The translations under genes were made by a program, and so were the position numbers. Positions 1-13,179 of a stretch of 64,000 nucleotides of DNA are shown here, in pieces; position 1 is the stretch's first letter; every line of letters begins with the position of its first letter. Origin of the DNA: Eledone cirrhosa (taxonomy: Eukaryota); assembly GCA_964016885.1 (NCBI GenBank), contig OZ024740.1, positions 363,940,001-364,004,000 of the forward strand, read 5' to 3'. The notes under the pieces are model-generated. The model was not told the DNA's origin, made no database searches, and was given only the letters and a program-made list of their open reading frames with translations.

Positions 1-244
1 TTACTAAAACATAAATTTTTATATCCAGATTTAAATAATTATCAAGTGAAGTAAAATCATAATTAGAAAAGGTAGAAAGTTGATAAAAAGTTGAAAATAA
101 AAATTTGAAGCAAGAAAAAGAAAAAATTATGTTAGGAAACTACTCTTCTTTTTTATAAATGAAATTTTGTGATTTTTAGTTAATTCCCGTGACTCCTCCA
201 ATAACTTGCTATGACCCACTGGTGGGCCATAGCCCCCTGGTTGG

Positions 245-1462
245 GAACTAATGCACTAGATAGAAGAAACTATAGAACTATAAAGCTGATGGACCAGGTC
301 ATGAAAGTAATGGAAAGAGTTATAGCACAGTTGATTAGGGACCAGGTAAAGCTAGATGAGATGCAATTTGGGTTTGTACCAGGAAAAGGCACCACTGATG
401 CCCTCTTCCTTGTGAGGCAGTTACAGGAAAAGTACCTAGCTAAAAGTAAGCCATTCTACCTGGCATTTATCGATCTGAAAAAAGCCTTTGACAGAGTCCC
501 CCATGCTATAATCTGTGGGCTTTTAGAAAACTAGGAGTAGATGAATGGCTTGTGAAAGTTGTACAAGCCATGTATAGGGGAGCAGTCAACAAAGTTAGAG
601 TTAGCAATGACTATAGTGAGGAATTTAGCAAAGATGGTCGGTGTCCATGAGGTCTCTGTTCTTAGCACTCTCCTGTTCATTATAGTATTGCAGGCAATAA
701 CGGAGGAGTTTAAGACCGGATGCCCATGGGAACTCCTATATGCAGATAATCTCACACTTATAGCTATGGTGGAACTAGAGAAGAAATTCCAAACATGGAA
801 GCAGAGACTAGAAAAAAAGGGTCTGAAAGTCAACCTGACAAAGACTAAGGTCCTCGTAAGTAGATGAGAAAATAGAACGCAGATCCCCTCAGGGAAAAGG
901 TCTTGCTCAGTATGTAGGAAAGGTGTAGGTAGGAACTCCATCCTCTGCTCCAAATGCAAACAATGGGTACACAAGAGATGTAGTGGGATCTCAGGAAGCT
1001 TAACTAAGAATGTAGGCTTCACATGTAGCAGCTGTGCTGGGACAGCAAGCAGCAAACAGGCACAGGAAACAAGCACCACCAAACTCTGGGAGGGATCTGT
1101 AGAAACAGTAGACAGCTTCTGTTACCTAGGTGACCAAATTAGCAGCAGAGGTGGGTGTTTGGAAAGTACAATAACTAGGGTAAGAATGGAATGGAAGAAG
1201 TTCAAGGGGCTACTGCCACTGCTAGCTGCAAAAGGCCTTTCCCTTACTGTAAAGTGGATGTGTAGGCGCCACGGAAAAAAACCACCCAGCACTCACTGTA
1301 AATGAGATTGGTGTTAGGAAGGGCATCCAGCTGGAGAAATCAAGCCATAACCAGTTCCCATATGAGCAAGACAAGGTCAGCCAACCGAACACTGCCCACA
1401 ACAGGACAACCCATCAAACCCATGCTAGCATAGAAGAACAGACGTAAAACGGTGATGATGAT
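245..1462 (+). mobile_element. RTE-type LINE fragment (RT, Cys/His finger, 3' tail), frameshifted
   Basis: QFGFVPGKGTTDALF, LAFIDLKKAFDRV and ELLYADN motifs; ends in the family (GAT)n tail. Confidence 0.85.
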
Positions 1463-1524
1463 ATACATGTATGTGTGTGTGTGTGCTTTTGTGTTTGTGT
1501 GTGTGTGTGTATATATATATATAG

Positions 1525-2068
1525 GTCAATGTATCTCGCTCAGAACATTGACCTCCTGGAAACTGTTCAGAGACGTGCAACCAAGCGCATACCCTCCATC
1601 AGACACCTACCATACTCTGAACGCCTTGCTTCCCTGGGCATGGATTCATTGAAGCTCTGACGTCTGCCAATGGACTTGGTAAACACCCACAAAGTTATTA
1701 ACCATCTCGCCAACAACAACCCTGAGCACATGTGGAGATACCTACAAAATCAGAAAACAGCACAGCTCCCATGACTTTCGGAAACATTTTTTCACGCTCA
1801 GAGTTGTTGAAGCTTGGAACAAACTGCCTGCGTCAGTTGTTAGCTGCCGAGACACTGCATCCTTTAAAACCCTCATGCTTCCCGAAATTCGCCAAAACTA
1901 CACCTGATGTACCCCTTCCATACACATGCACATGTGTATATCATGACTCATGCACTGTTCATTTTCCTGACGTTTGTACATTACCCTATGTACTATACAT
2001 ACACTTTTGATGAGTTGTAGTGCACCTGAGCACTGTACACAATATTTCATTATTATTATTATTATTAT
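1525..2068 (+). mobile_element. CR1/L2-group LINE 3' fragment with (ATT)n tail
   Basis: IDLLETVQRRATKRIP...YSERLASLG; same family as 7465-8540. Confidence 0.8.
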
Positions 2069-2502
2069 ATATATATAGAGGAAAAGAGTCAGGACCCCGA
2101 CGGCTTAGCTCCAGCCGTTTCTACAGCTAGATCTGAACTAGCTGTCGCAATGGCCGGAGCTCAGCTTTTCCTATTATCCACTCTACTACCTTAAGTATGG
2201 AGTATTCTGGTGCGTTATGGTCCACCTGGTTTCTTACCATACTTTCTTTGATATATATATTATAATTATATCATAATTTTATTATAATTTTATAATTATA
2301 TTATAATTATATTATACTTTTATATTATAATATTATAATATAAAATTAAATCAAACATTTTTTAACACTACAAGGGAAGTCATTCTTTTCCTTTTTTTCA
2401 AATATATTTATATATATATATATATTATACATTAACAGAGAAAGCTTTAAGCGATATATATACTATATATATATATTTATTAATCTATTTATTTTTTTAT
2501 AG

Positions 2503-2649
2503 CCCCACTTAATTGCACCTTTGAAACATCAGGAATTTGTAACTTTACTACTCTTTATAATGGAAAATATCACTGGAAAAAGCTTACTCGTGGAGGAAGA
2601 TACCCTAGCAATGCACCAAAGACCGACCATACTGATGGCACACCATATG
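2503..2649 (+). CDS. Exon 1 in window, MAM1 N-part (PLNCTFETSGICNF...APKTDHTDGTPY)
   Basis: tttttatag acceptor, gtaagg donor, phase 1/1, MAM motif. Confidence 0.9.
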
Positions 2650-3076
2650 GTAAGGCAATTGTCACAGCAATATTTTGGTATAATATATTGATTTTGTTTA
2701 GCTGTGGGGACTCCGCTATAAATAACAAATTGTTTTCTTCAGCAGTAGAAATATCCTATCCTTTATAATAATACAAGTATTTAAAGGCCATTAATCTTGC
2801 TACAGCAGGGTTTAGCCTTGTATAGTTCCTTGACCGAACCATTTTATTCTATTTTTTTTTAAATCATTCATCACTGGCTTTATTCCTCTTAACCAAACAC
2901 TTTCACCCTTCCTTAATATATGACCCAACCATCCCACTCCATTTTTCTTCCCTGCATTAATCCCTATTTCCATTGCCTTTCTCATGCAGTCACTTTTATT
3001 GCTCCTCAAGACATGAACCTACTATGACATTCTGTTTCACTTCACAACATTCATCATTGGCTATATTCCATTGCAG

Positions 3077-3333
3077 GTCATTATATGGTATTTGAAAACC
3101 TTTATAGTAAAAACAAGAACTCTACAGCTCTCTTAATGAGTCCCACATTGAAAACTAGTGTGGATATATGTATGTCATTTTTCTACCACATGCATAACCT
3201 CAAAAGATCTTCTATGAATGTCTACCAACAGATAGGCAATCAAAGATCCTCTGCTCTCTGGTCAGGAGCAACAGATCAAGGAACCAGATGGGTCAAGGCT
3301 CAAGTGACGCTGCGGGCTAATAAAGCTTATGAA
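3077..3333 (+). CDS. Exon 2, MAM1 middle (GHYMVFE...CMSFFYHM...WVKAQV...AYE)
   Basis: ttgcag acceptor, gtaagt donor; overlaps ORF 3085..3408. Confidence 0.92.
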
Positions 3334-4638
3334 GTAAGTATTATAAAGCTACAATACTGTAATGTTTTAGTCATGAAAAAAAAACTGAGTTTGGTGAAAT
3401 TGATATAGTTGTTGTTCATAATCATTACTATTTAACATTTATTTTTCATATCTGTATGGGGTAAATGGGCTGCCACATTATGAGGCTAGACAGGTCAGGT
3501 GACTATGTTTTGCTCATATGCTCTGTATTAGGCTTGGTTTTCTACAGCTGGATGTCCTTCCTAACTCCACCACATTTCAGCATGTATTGGGAGTTTTTTT
3601 GTGGCACAAGCACTGCTACCTTACATGGTGGACTGGGTACTTTGTTTTTGTCATCGCACCAGCTTGATCACCTTACAGAATAAACTGAGTGCTTTTTGTT
3701 GTGGAACCAGTACTACCACCATACAAGGTGTACTGGGTGATTGTTATTGTGGTACCAGCACTGTGATTGAGCAAGCAATATTTGTGTGTGTGTTTGTGTA
3801 TAATTCAATTTAGAGGTGGGTATAACACTCATGTGTTACCAAGTGAGTAAAGACTCAATCTGGTAATCGCTTATAGAAAAATACAGAGATTGATAATTGA
3901 ATTTAGGTGTATAACCAAAGATGTTATAGTTCAAATTATTTTATTCATTTTTACAATCGTTTCGATTTATCAAAATGTAATTGTAAATATCAATAACAAT
4001 TTGCAGATTAATTAATTAATTAAATCAACAAACATGGCAATTACATTTCACAGAATGTTGTGGCAAACATATATATATATATATATACCCGTCTACCCAT
4101 GCTCCCATCTATCCCATGCTAGCATGGAAGAACGGACATAAAATGGTGATGATAATGATGATGATGATGATGATATATATCATCATCATCATCATCATCG
4201 TTTAACGTCTATCTTCCACACTAGCTTGGGTTTAGACGGGAATTGCCCCACGTGAGGCAAGATTGGTTGCTTGCTCGTATAGGACTGTCTGGCGGGTTTT
4301 CTACGGCTGGATGCCCTTCCTAACACCAACCACGTTTACAGTGTGGACTGGGACGTTTTTACCGTGTTACCTACACGGCCACATTACAGCGTGGACTGTG
4401 TGATTTTTTGTCATGACACCTACACGACCTCATTTATTTAGGACTAGATGTTGTGGTACCAACATAACTTTACATCGAAAGGGGTGGTGTAGATGGGGGT
4501 GGGATAGGGGTAGTGGGATGGGGAGCTATATATATATATCTTCATGTGTATGCTTTATATGCATTTATGTCTGTATCTATTCTTTATTAGCTAGCTATAT
4601 TTGTATTTTTTATGATTACTTTTATCCATATATTTTAG

Positions 4639-4726
4639 GTAGTCTTTGAAGGTATTCTCCATTCATATGGCGCGTATGTTGCTGTAGATGATATCACTTC
4701 AGAGATAGGAGAATGTCCAGATCCAG
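4639..4726 (+). CDS. Exon 3, MAM1 C-part (VVFEGILHSYGAYVAVDDITSEIGECPDP)
   Basis: ttttag acceptor, gtaaaa donor, phase 0/1. Confidence 0.9.
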
Positions 4727-4784
4727 GTAAAATTATATTTATAAATTGTTTCATCATGAAATTTATCTATAAACATTTTATATG

Positions 4785-4842
<58 letters not shown>

Positions 4843-5689
4843 CATCATCATCATCCTCATCATCATCGTTTAACATCCAACTTCCATGCTAGCATAGGTT
4901 CCATTTGATGCGAGAATGGTCAGGAGACCATGTCTCGCTCACACGGAAGCGTCTCTGGCAGGTTTTTTTACAGCTGGATGCCCTTCCTAACACCAACCAC
5001 ATTTACAGATTAAAGTTTAAGCAAAGAATTGCTGCTTTCACTTAATGGGATCTTCTGAAGATCCCGTTAAGAGTGAAAGAAGGTATCAGATTCTGAGTTA
5101 AAATCCCACATCCTTCTTCCAGAAGTTGTGACTGAGAGATAGTATAAGCAATGGAGAGACAAATCGAAACATAAGTTTACTTAGTCTGATTTAACCATCA
5201 GCTCTTTTCTTTATGTATGTTAGCATGATACTAAACTCTTCTAGTCTTTGTATATTTAGTTTCAGCTTGTAAATGTCAAATTTTAACAGCTATTTTTTTC
5301 ATTTAAATTTATGGGGTCAACTGTTACCTGGATGCTACTTTCAAGTTGTTGAAATTCACACTATAATCCAAAATACTGTATCAGTAAGTTGAAACTTGAA
5401 AGAGCTCTAGATAAATAAAAGTAAAACAATGAATTATAGTAATAATAACAATGTTTCCATACATCAAAGCACATTTCCTACTATCAAAACAATAAATAGG
5501 GGCATGTAGCACTTATAAATATTGTCATTTGTGTACATCAGAACATAATAACATAGGAAAAGGATTTTGTTTTGTCATAATACTTATGTTCAAAATAATA
5601 TTTTGATTTACAAATGTTGATCTGTTATATGACAACTAAATATTTGCAGAAAACAGGTGTCTAACCTCAACATCAAGTGTGCATGTGTT

Positions 5690-5723
<34 letters not shown>

Positions 5724-6297
5724 GTATCATCAGAAAATACACATATTTACCTCATCAACCATCTTGTTGGCAACGCAGTTTCATGCATTAACGTGGTACT
5801 GCACTTGTAATGTCAGTTTGCACAACAGATCATAGTCCACTCTGTTGGCATGATGCATATGAGATGATAACAATACAAAACAAACATATATAGAAATTTA
5901 CAACTGGAATTGAATGGACAACAAATTGTTCATGTAAATATACAACACAAAATGCCAGAAGCAGGGAAAAATTGACTTTTCATTCATGAAATATGGAGCA
6001 AAAGAAATTATGACTGCTGCCCAGCGTTGTTAACCATTGTAAAGGCCAAATCAATGATCTGAGAACAAGAAGTAGCAGCAGTAGTTAGCAGGAAACAATG
6101 ATAGCAGAGGAAGCGAAAGTAGAAAAAGAGGAAGAGAGAGAGAACAAAAAGAATTAGAGGAGGTGAGAGTCAAGCAAGAGAAAAGAACATTTTATAAAAC
6201 TAGGCGTGTGGATATGTATGAATATAATATCAGCAGAAATGCCCTCTGTTATATAACATGTACAGACAAATGCATCGTTAGCTCATCAACCAACTTG

Positions 6298-6332
<35 letters not shown>

Positions 6333-6340
<8 letters not shown>

Positions 6341-6563
6341 ATACTTGGGGAGGGTCATATTTGTGTAATAATATTGCCAGAATTAATAACAGAACACACT
6401 CACTGTTTGGTTGGTTTTCGCTTCTGTGTCTTTTATATCGGTTAATTTAATTTATTCGGTCCTCAATGTTACCATTGACTGACCAACGGTCAAGAATACT
6501 GTTCTGTTATTAATTCTGGCAATATTATTACACAAATATGACCCTCCCCAAGTATAACAATAT
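6333..6563. repeat. Perfect inverted repeat, 64-bp arms, 103-bp spacer, next to (TA)n
   Basis: 6333-6396 is the reverse complement of 6500-6563. Confidence 0.9.
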
Positions 6564-6661
6564 TTGTTTTGACACACGATTTCATATAAAAAACCTCGCA
6601 AAACTAATATATATATATACAATATATTAACAAATGGAAACTATATTTATAAAACCATATT

Positions 6662-6727
6662 TATTTTATTATACATATTTCAAGGGCCACCAAGGCAAAT
6701 TATGGTGCGCTTTCATCAGATAAAATA
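6662..6727 (-). ncRNA. Minimal type I hammerhead ribozyme motif, family A
   Basis: Minus strand: TATTTTAT CTGATGA aagcgcacca..tggtggccctt GAAA tatgta TA / ATAAAATA; 8-bp stem I, palindromic stem III. Confidence 0.65.
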
Positions 6728-6918
6728 CAATACAGATTAGTTTTATAAATAAATATTGACATACCCTGAAAAAATGCAACCTTAACGGTTGGAGCTTCCT
6801 GGATAGTGGAGATATTAGATTTATTGTTGTGATTTAGTATGCAAATGAGAGTCAGAAAGGTATAAATAACAGTATATTTAAATTAAACCGTTGGAAGAGA
6901 GAAAAAAAAGAAAGAGAA

Positions 6919-6963
<45 letters not shown>

Positions 6964-7204
6964 GATGTGAAAAGTCAATGAGTAAAAGCAACACAGAACA
7001 ATGATGTTAGTTTAACACTTAATATAGTAGGAAAAGTATCTTAACATTTTGGATGTTAGTCCTTCATTCAAAGATAGAATAAGGAGACAGGAAAGTGGAA
7101 GAAGAGAAAGAACAGAAAAAATTGCTTATAAGAGGAAAGCATGTGGAAGTTTTTTCAATCATTTTAAGGAAGTGTATGTGCGTGTTTGTGTGTGTGTGTA
7201 TATA

Positions 7205-7241
<37 letters not shown>

Positions 7242-7464
7242 AGAGAGAGAGAGAGAGAGAGATAATAAGTAGAATCAAAGTCAGTGTTGCAGCATATGTA
7301 TAAACTTTAATGGCATATTACAATTGTTTCGATATCAATCAGCTCAGAGTACAAGCAAAGTGACGGAATACAACCCAACACAAGACGGACCTCATAACAG
7401 CTTTGATTGCTTCAATCAGCACACCGCCTGTAACTGTAGTTACATACATAACTAACATATATAT

Positions 7465-8540
7465 ATTTTGACTTTTCTAAAGCTTTTAAGACTTATGGCA
7501 AAACCCTCTGCAATGGGTGTGAGAGATGATCTTTATAACTGGTTGAAGTCTTTCATTCTCAGTCGAAAAGAGTTCACCTTATGGGATGACATATGGTGTA
7601 CTGCAAGGATCTGTTCTTGGTCCCCTTTTGTTTGTGGCATATATTAATGACATAGATGCCAACTTAAAGAATGCCGCAGTGCTGAAATATGCAGATGACA
7701 TCAAGCTGTACTTTAAGATAAAAAGGACAGATCCTGAACACTATAGATCTTTCCTGCAATCTGACCTGGACACAATGTAACAATGGATCATGGACTGGCA
7801 GCTCATGCTGGATGTGGACAAATGTACCACCATGTATTTATGGAGGAAAAACCCAGCATCCACATACTCACTCCACAACACTAATATCAAGAAGTCTTCT
7901 TGTGAATGTGACCTAGGCATTACTGTCAGCAGCGATTTGCGTTGGACAAAGCATGTCTCTAAGATTGTCAAGAAGGCCGAGGGTGTATTGGCCTTACACA
8001 GCAAGACCTTTGTCAGTCGCTCTCCAGCTATCTATTTAAAGCTGTATATAGCTATGGTGTGGCCACACTTAGAATTTGCATCACCAGTCTGGAACCCTTA
8101 TTTTGCTCAGAATATCGACCTCCTGGAAACTGTTCAGAGGAGTGCAACCAAGCAAATACCTTCCATCAGGCATCTACCATACTCTGAATGCCTTGCTTCC
8201 ATAGGCATGGATACACTGAAGCTCCAACGTCTGGCAACTGACCTGGTAAACACCCACAAAATTATTAACCATCTTGCCAACAACAAACCTGAGCACCTTT
8301 TTCAATTTCATGTGTCTAACACACATGGGCATGCCCACAAAGTCAGAAAACAACAGAGCTCCCATGACTTTCAGAAACATTTGTTCACGCTCAGAGTTGC
8401 TGAAGCATGGAACAAAAACTACCTGCATCAGTTGTTAGCTGCCGGGACGCTCCATCCTTTAAAACATCCATGCTTCCTGAAATTTGTCAACACTACACCT
8501 GGTATTTCCCCTCCATACACATGCACACATGTATCTGTGT
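7465..8540 (+). mobile_element. CR1/L2-group LINE, 5'-truncated RT region
   Basis: FDFSKAF, GVLQGSVLGPLLF, YADDIKLY, DLGITVSSDL and LEFASPVWNP motifs, with stops. Confidence 0.88.
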
Positions 8541-8642
8541 GTATATCAGATCACATGCTGTTTTTTTTTGCTTTATGAGCCTGACCTGTATTATAATGTC
8601 ACATTTTGCTTGTTTGTATTTGAATTATTACAACTACATCTA

Positions 8643-8733
8643 TGCTCCTGAGGATATGTAGAGCAGTGGACCGGCACCCAGTATATCTATTGAAGCACGG
8701 CCCGCTCCCCTGCATTGAAACATTCGTAGAGTA
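8643..8733 (+). ncRNA. Type I hammerhead ribozyme motif with long stem II, family B
   Basis: TGCTC CTGAGGA [tatgtag..ctgcatt] GAAAC attc GTA / GAGTA; predicted cut after 8728. Confidence 0.62.
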
Positions 8734-9069
8734 AAATAATGTAAATTTTAACTGGTTTTTCATTGTTACTTTATATTAATATATTAATATATATAATATA
8801 TTAATATATATATATATTGGTTGGCATTAGGAAGGGCATCCAACCATAGAAAACCAGCCCAAAACAGTCCTATATGAGCAAGGCACAGTCACCTGACCCA
8901 AATTGCCTCTAATGGGACAACCCTTCTAACCCATGCTAGCATGGAAAATAGATGTTAAACGATGACAATGATGAGGATGATGATGATGATATGTAACTCT
9001 TTTAATTAATCTTTCTAAATGTTCAAATTGACTATTTCAAAGGTGAATTCCATTTTATTTTTGTTTCAG

Positions 9070-9207
9070 GAGACACTGACTTTGAAAAGGACATGGGGAC
9101 TTGGTTGAATGAGAAGAACAATAATATTGATTGGATTCGAGCAACTGGGAATATGCCATATCGACTTCCACATCCACCAAATGATCACACAATGAATACT
9201 ACCAAAG
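9070..9207 (+). CDS. Exon 4, MAM2 N-part (GDTDFEKDMGTW...DWIRATG...PPNDHT)
   Basis: tttcag acceptor, gtaata donor, phase 1/1. Confidence 0.88.
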
Positions 9208-9499
9208 GTAATAATGTAGTTGTCACATGGGTTAAGAGGGAGTTGCTATGAAATCAGTCTACTTGCTAGAAATTGCAGTCAAATCATCCATAAATCACAC
9301 CCGACACCAATGGACCCTTAACTCTTAATAGAATCTTAAATGTGCCATAATAATATACAGCATGTCTTGGGTATTTAAGCCTGGTGGAGCCCATTCTTTT
9401 CCAGGTCTAACACAGCTGATTTCTTCTTGAGAGAGAGAGAGAGGGGGAGGAGAGAGAGACAAAGTGAGAGAAAGAGAGTGAGAGAGAGAGAAGAGGAAG

Positions 9500-9970
9500 A
9501 ATCAACTGAATGAGATGGGTGAGATATCAAGGGGTTATCCAGTGAGATAGGATGAGATATCAGTTGGTTATCATGTAGAGTGGGTGGAGATATCAGGCAG
9601 TTATCCACTGAGAGGGGATGAAATATCAGATGGTTATTTTCTGAAGAATGAGATGGGTGAGATATTTGTGGTTATCCAATGGGAAATGGTGAGATATCAG
9701 ATGGTTAATCAAGTAGATTGGGGAGGTGGAAATATCAGATGGTTATCAATTGAGATGGGATGAAATATCATGGGATGAAATATTCAGCGAAGAAGGAGAG
9801 AGGGGAGATATTATCCAGTAGGAAATAGTAGGATGTCAGTTGATATCCAGTGAGATGGGATGAGATATTAGGTGGTTATTCAGAGAAGAATGATAATGGT
9901 GGGATGGAATCAATTATTCAGTGGAAAATGATATGGGATGATATATCAGGTGATTATCCAATGAAGGAGG
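9500..9970. repeat. Degenerate minisatellite, unit about 33-35 bp (gagatgggtgagatatcaggtggttatccagt)
   Basis: gagatatcag..gttatcca recurs about a dozen times. Confidence 0.75.
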
Positions 9971-10634
9971 AATTAGTGACTTTAGATTTTTGAGAGAATT
10001 TATTTCCATGGTATCCACCACAATATACTGGGTAAGTTCCTGATGAACTATGTTTGTATTGCTGTTTCAATTTCAAATTGAATCCCTCTCAATTCTCACT
10101 TATTCAGTGTGATCCAGTTGAGAATAGGTACACTGTATGCATTTGTATATCTATTTGGATTATCTCTGTGTGTATAGAATAGATACACCATATCCTTGCA
10201 TATATCCAATTTCGAATAGATCCACTGTATCCCAGTGTATATTTGATTTAGAATAGATACACCATATCCTTGATATATGAGGTAACTGAGAGAGTTGCCA
10301 CCAACAATGGCATCAAGCTGTAAAATATTTCACCTGAAAGGACCCCCATAATAAGTATAAAGCCTGTCATGGGACCCACAAAGCTAACCCCTACTCTAGC
10401 AGTAACTTCTCACTGACATAACTAATGCTTCTGAGGAAACAAGAAATATTGCAACTCTGAAACCTCTGCTATACGGCAGAAGTCAATGATAATTAGTTAT
10501 CTATTGAATAATCAACTCTACTTCTTTCCTCTTTTTGTAGAGAAAGAGACTCGTGCAACTCAATGATCTTGTCTTTAAAGCACAAAAACGAAATATTTAA
10601 AAAAATATAAATGATAAAATAATTTTTTTAATTA

Positions 10635-10890
10635 AAAATGCAGTCATCCCAACGTAATTTACAATAACAGTAGTTGATCACTATAAATAATAGAGAAAAG
10701 TGGGTTAAGTGGCCTTAAGACAGAAAGAAATGTAGTACAAGGCTCCTGAAAAGATGCAGGGTTTTTTTCCTTGGCAGGATTTGGGCCTCAATCTACTTTT
10801 TTCTGTCACCAGAGATACTCAACCCAATTCTTTCAACTATTATTTATAGTGATTGACTATGGTTATAATAATTTACATAAGAATGACATT
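10635..10890. mobile_element. Old MITE-like element with imperfect terminal inverted repeats
   Basis: tagttgatcactataaataatag versus ctattatttatagtgattgacta. Confidence 0.55.
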
Positions 10891-10986
10891 TCAAAGTTTC
10901 CCAATGTTTCTTAAACCAATCAAATGTTTTTCAATTGAATTTTCTTTAAATTTAATTATATTTATAATTATCTTCTTTTTTTTCAG

Positions 10987-11240
10987 GATATTATATTTTC
11001 CTTTCATCTTCCTGGGGTTCACATAGGACAGGAATAATACGAAGTCAAGTACTTCCTGCTACCAGCCTTCGTTGTCTTCATTTTTGGTTTTATCTGTTTG
11101 GTTCTCAACCAGGGGGTATCAAAGTTTATTTTGTTGATGAAGCAACAGGCAATAAAACAGCAATATGGAGCCTTTCCACTTCACAGAAAATGTCATGGAA
11201 TTATGCTCAAGTAGGATTTGCTTGGGAGAATTCATATTAT
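10987..11240 (+). CDS. Exon 5, MAM2 middle (GYYIFLSS...RCLHFWFYLFG...WNYAQV...YY)
   Basis: tttcag acceptor, gtaaga donor, open frame. Confidence 0.9.
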
Positions 11241-11736
11241 GTAAGATTTTTGTTTGTCTTAATCAATGTTTAATGGTTTGGTGAAAAAATTGAAAGTGAT
11301 ATTTTCAAGATCATCATCATCATCAATATTTTATGACCGCCTTCCATGCTGGCATGAGTTGGCTGGGTTGTCACAGTCCAACACTAGACAGTTCAAAGAG
11401 ATCTCATCTTGCTTATATAATCCATATTTACACTTTACAAGTGTACTCAGGCCATTTTATTACACCACCACTACTATTTTATAGAGTGTACAGGGTGCAC
11501 GTTATCATTCACCAGTACTACCTTGTTACAGTGTAGTGGGTGCATTTCATCATAGCACCAACACTAAAGTCTTCTCAAACACTGAATAGTCTTTTCAAAC
11601 TGTACATACATTCCATATTACAGAGATTAGTGTGTTCATCAAGAATACATTTCCAGATTATGTTACTTAATTAACTCAATCACACAATCTGCTTTACTGT
11701 TTACATATCTAACAGAATGTGTTATATTTACTTTAG

Positions 11737-11821
11737 GTTGAATTTGAAGGTACAATTAATAAGGATCATGGAGTCTACACTGCTATTGATGATATCATGT
11801 TCACAAATGACTTTTGTACAG
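11737..11821 (+). CDS. Exon 6, MAM2 C-part (VEFEGTINKDHGVYTAIDDIMFTNDFCT)
   Basis: ctttag acceptor, gtaact donor. Confidence 0.88.
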
Positions 11822-11914
11822 GTAACTAATCATTCAACCTTCTATGTATGTTGTGTGTGTGTATGTGTGCCGATGTGTCTATATTTGTATGGGTGTCTGT
11901 ATATATATGTATAC

Positions 11915-12856
11915 ATGGAACTCCATCCTCTGCCCCAAATGCAAATAATGGGTACACAAGAGATGTAGTGCGATCTCAGGAAGTTTAACTAAGAATGTAG
12001 CAGCTGCGCTGGGACAACAAGCAGCAAACAACCACAGGAAACAAGCACCACCAAACTCTGGGAGGGCTCTGTAGAAACAGTAGACAGCTTCTGCTACCTA
12101 GGTGACTGAATTAGCAGTGGAGGTGGGTGTTCGGAAAGTACAATAACTAGGGTAAGAACGGGATGGAAGAAGTTCAGGGAGCTACAGCCACTGCTAGCTG
12201 CAAAAGGCTTTTCCCTCAAAATGAAAGGCAGACTGTATGATGTGTGTATACGAACAGCAATGTTACATGGAAGTGAAACCTGGGCGCTGAAGGTGGAAGA
12301 CTTGCGTAGATTAGAAAGAAACGAAGCTTGCAGGCTCCGATGGATGTGTAATAGTAATATACGCGAACAGCAAAGCATAAACAAATTGAGAGAGAGACTG
12401 AGCATCAGAGGAATCAAATGCTGTGTGCAGGAGAGGAGGTTGCGTTGGTATGGACATGAGATGCGTATGAAAGATGACAGCTGCATAAAAGGTGCAGAGC
12501 ACTAGAAGTCGATGAAAACCGCGGAGTGGGGAGACACAAGAAGACCTGGGATGAGGTGATAAAGGCTGATCTTACCCAATTGCACCTCTCAAGAGCAATG
12601 ACACATTACCGCGACCTCTGGTGTCACGCAGTAATACAGAAGACCCGACCCCCCACAGGAACAAGCCGAAGCTGAAGCATATAGACAATATGATGCTGGT
12701 GTTAGGAAGGGCATCCAGCTGTAGAAATCAAGCCAGAATCAGTTCCTGTATGAGCAAGACAAGGTCAGCCGACTGGACACTGCTCACAACAGGACAACCC
12801 GTCTAACCCATGCTAGTGTGGAAGAACGGACGTAAAACGGTGATGATGATGATGAT
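11915..12856 (+). mobile_element. RTE-type LINE 3' fragment with tail
   Basis: MLHGSETW, RRLRWYGH and GRHKKTW motifs; (GAT)n end. Confidence 0.85.
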
Positions 12857-12859
12857 ATG

Positions 12860-12972
<113 letters not shown>

Positions 12973-13179
12973 GGTGGCTGCCAACTCGTTTTCGAGTACA
13001 GCCACTACTTTATATCCATGTAGGAGAACCCCTACCGATGCGCTGAACGAGTGTGACTTTTTAGTCCAGCCAGCGACTTGAAAACTCTAGTACAAACACT
13101 ACACTTGTGACAATAATTGACACATAGTGCTGGGCCCTTGGTACCATGTGACAACAAGTGCAGAGAGATCTCCAGATAT

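Noticed and set aside
531-1082. Long antisense ORFs over the LINEs (also 51305..51781, 54367..54960 and 63082..63504)
   Set aside because: They are shadow frames of retrotransposon coding sequence.
9500-9970. Regularly spaced repeats as a CRISPR array (also 27640-28000)
   Set aside because: These are degenerate tandem units without unique spacers or cas genes, in a eukaryotic intron.
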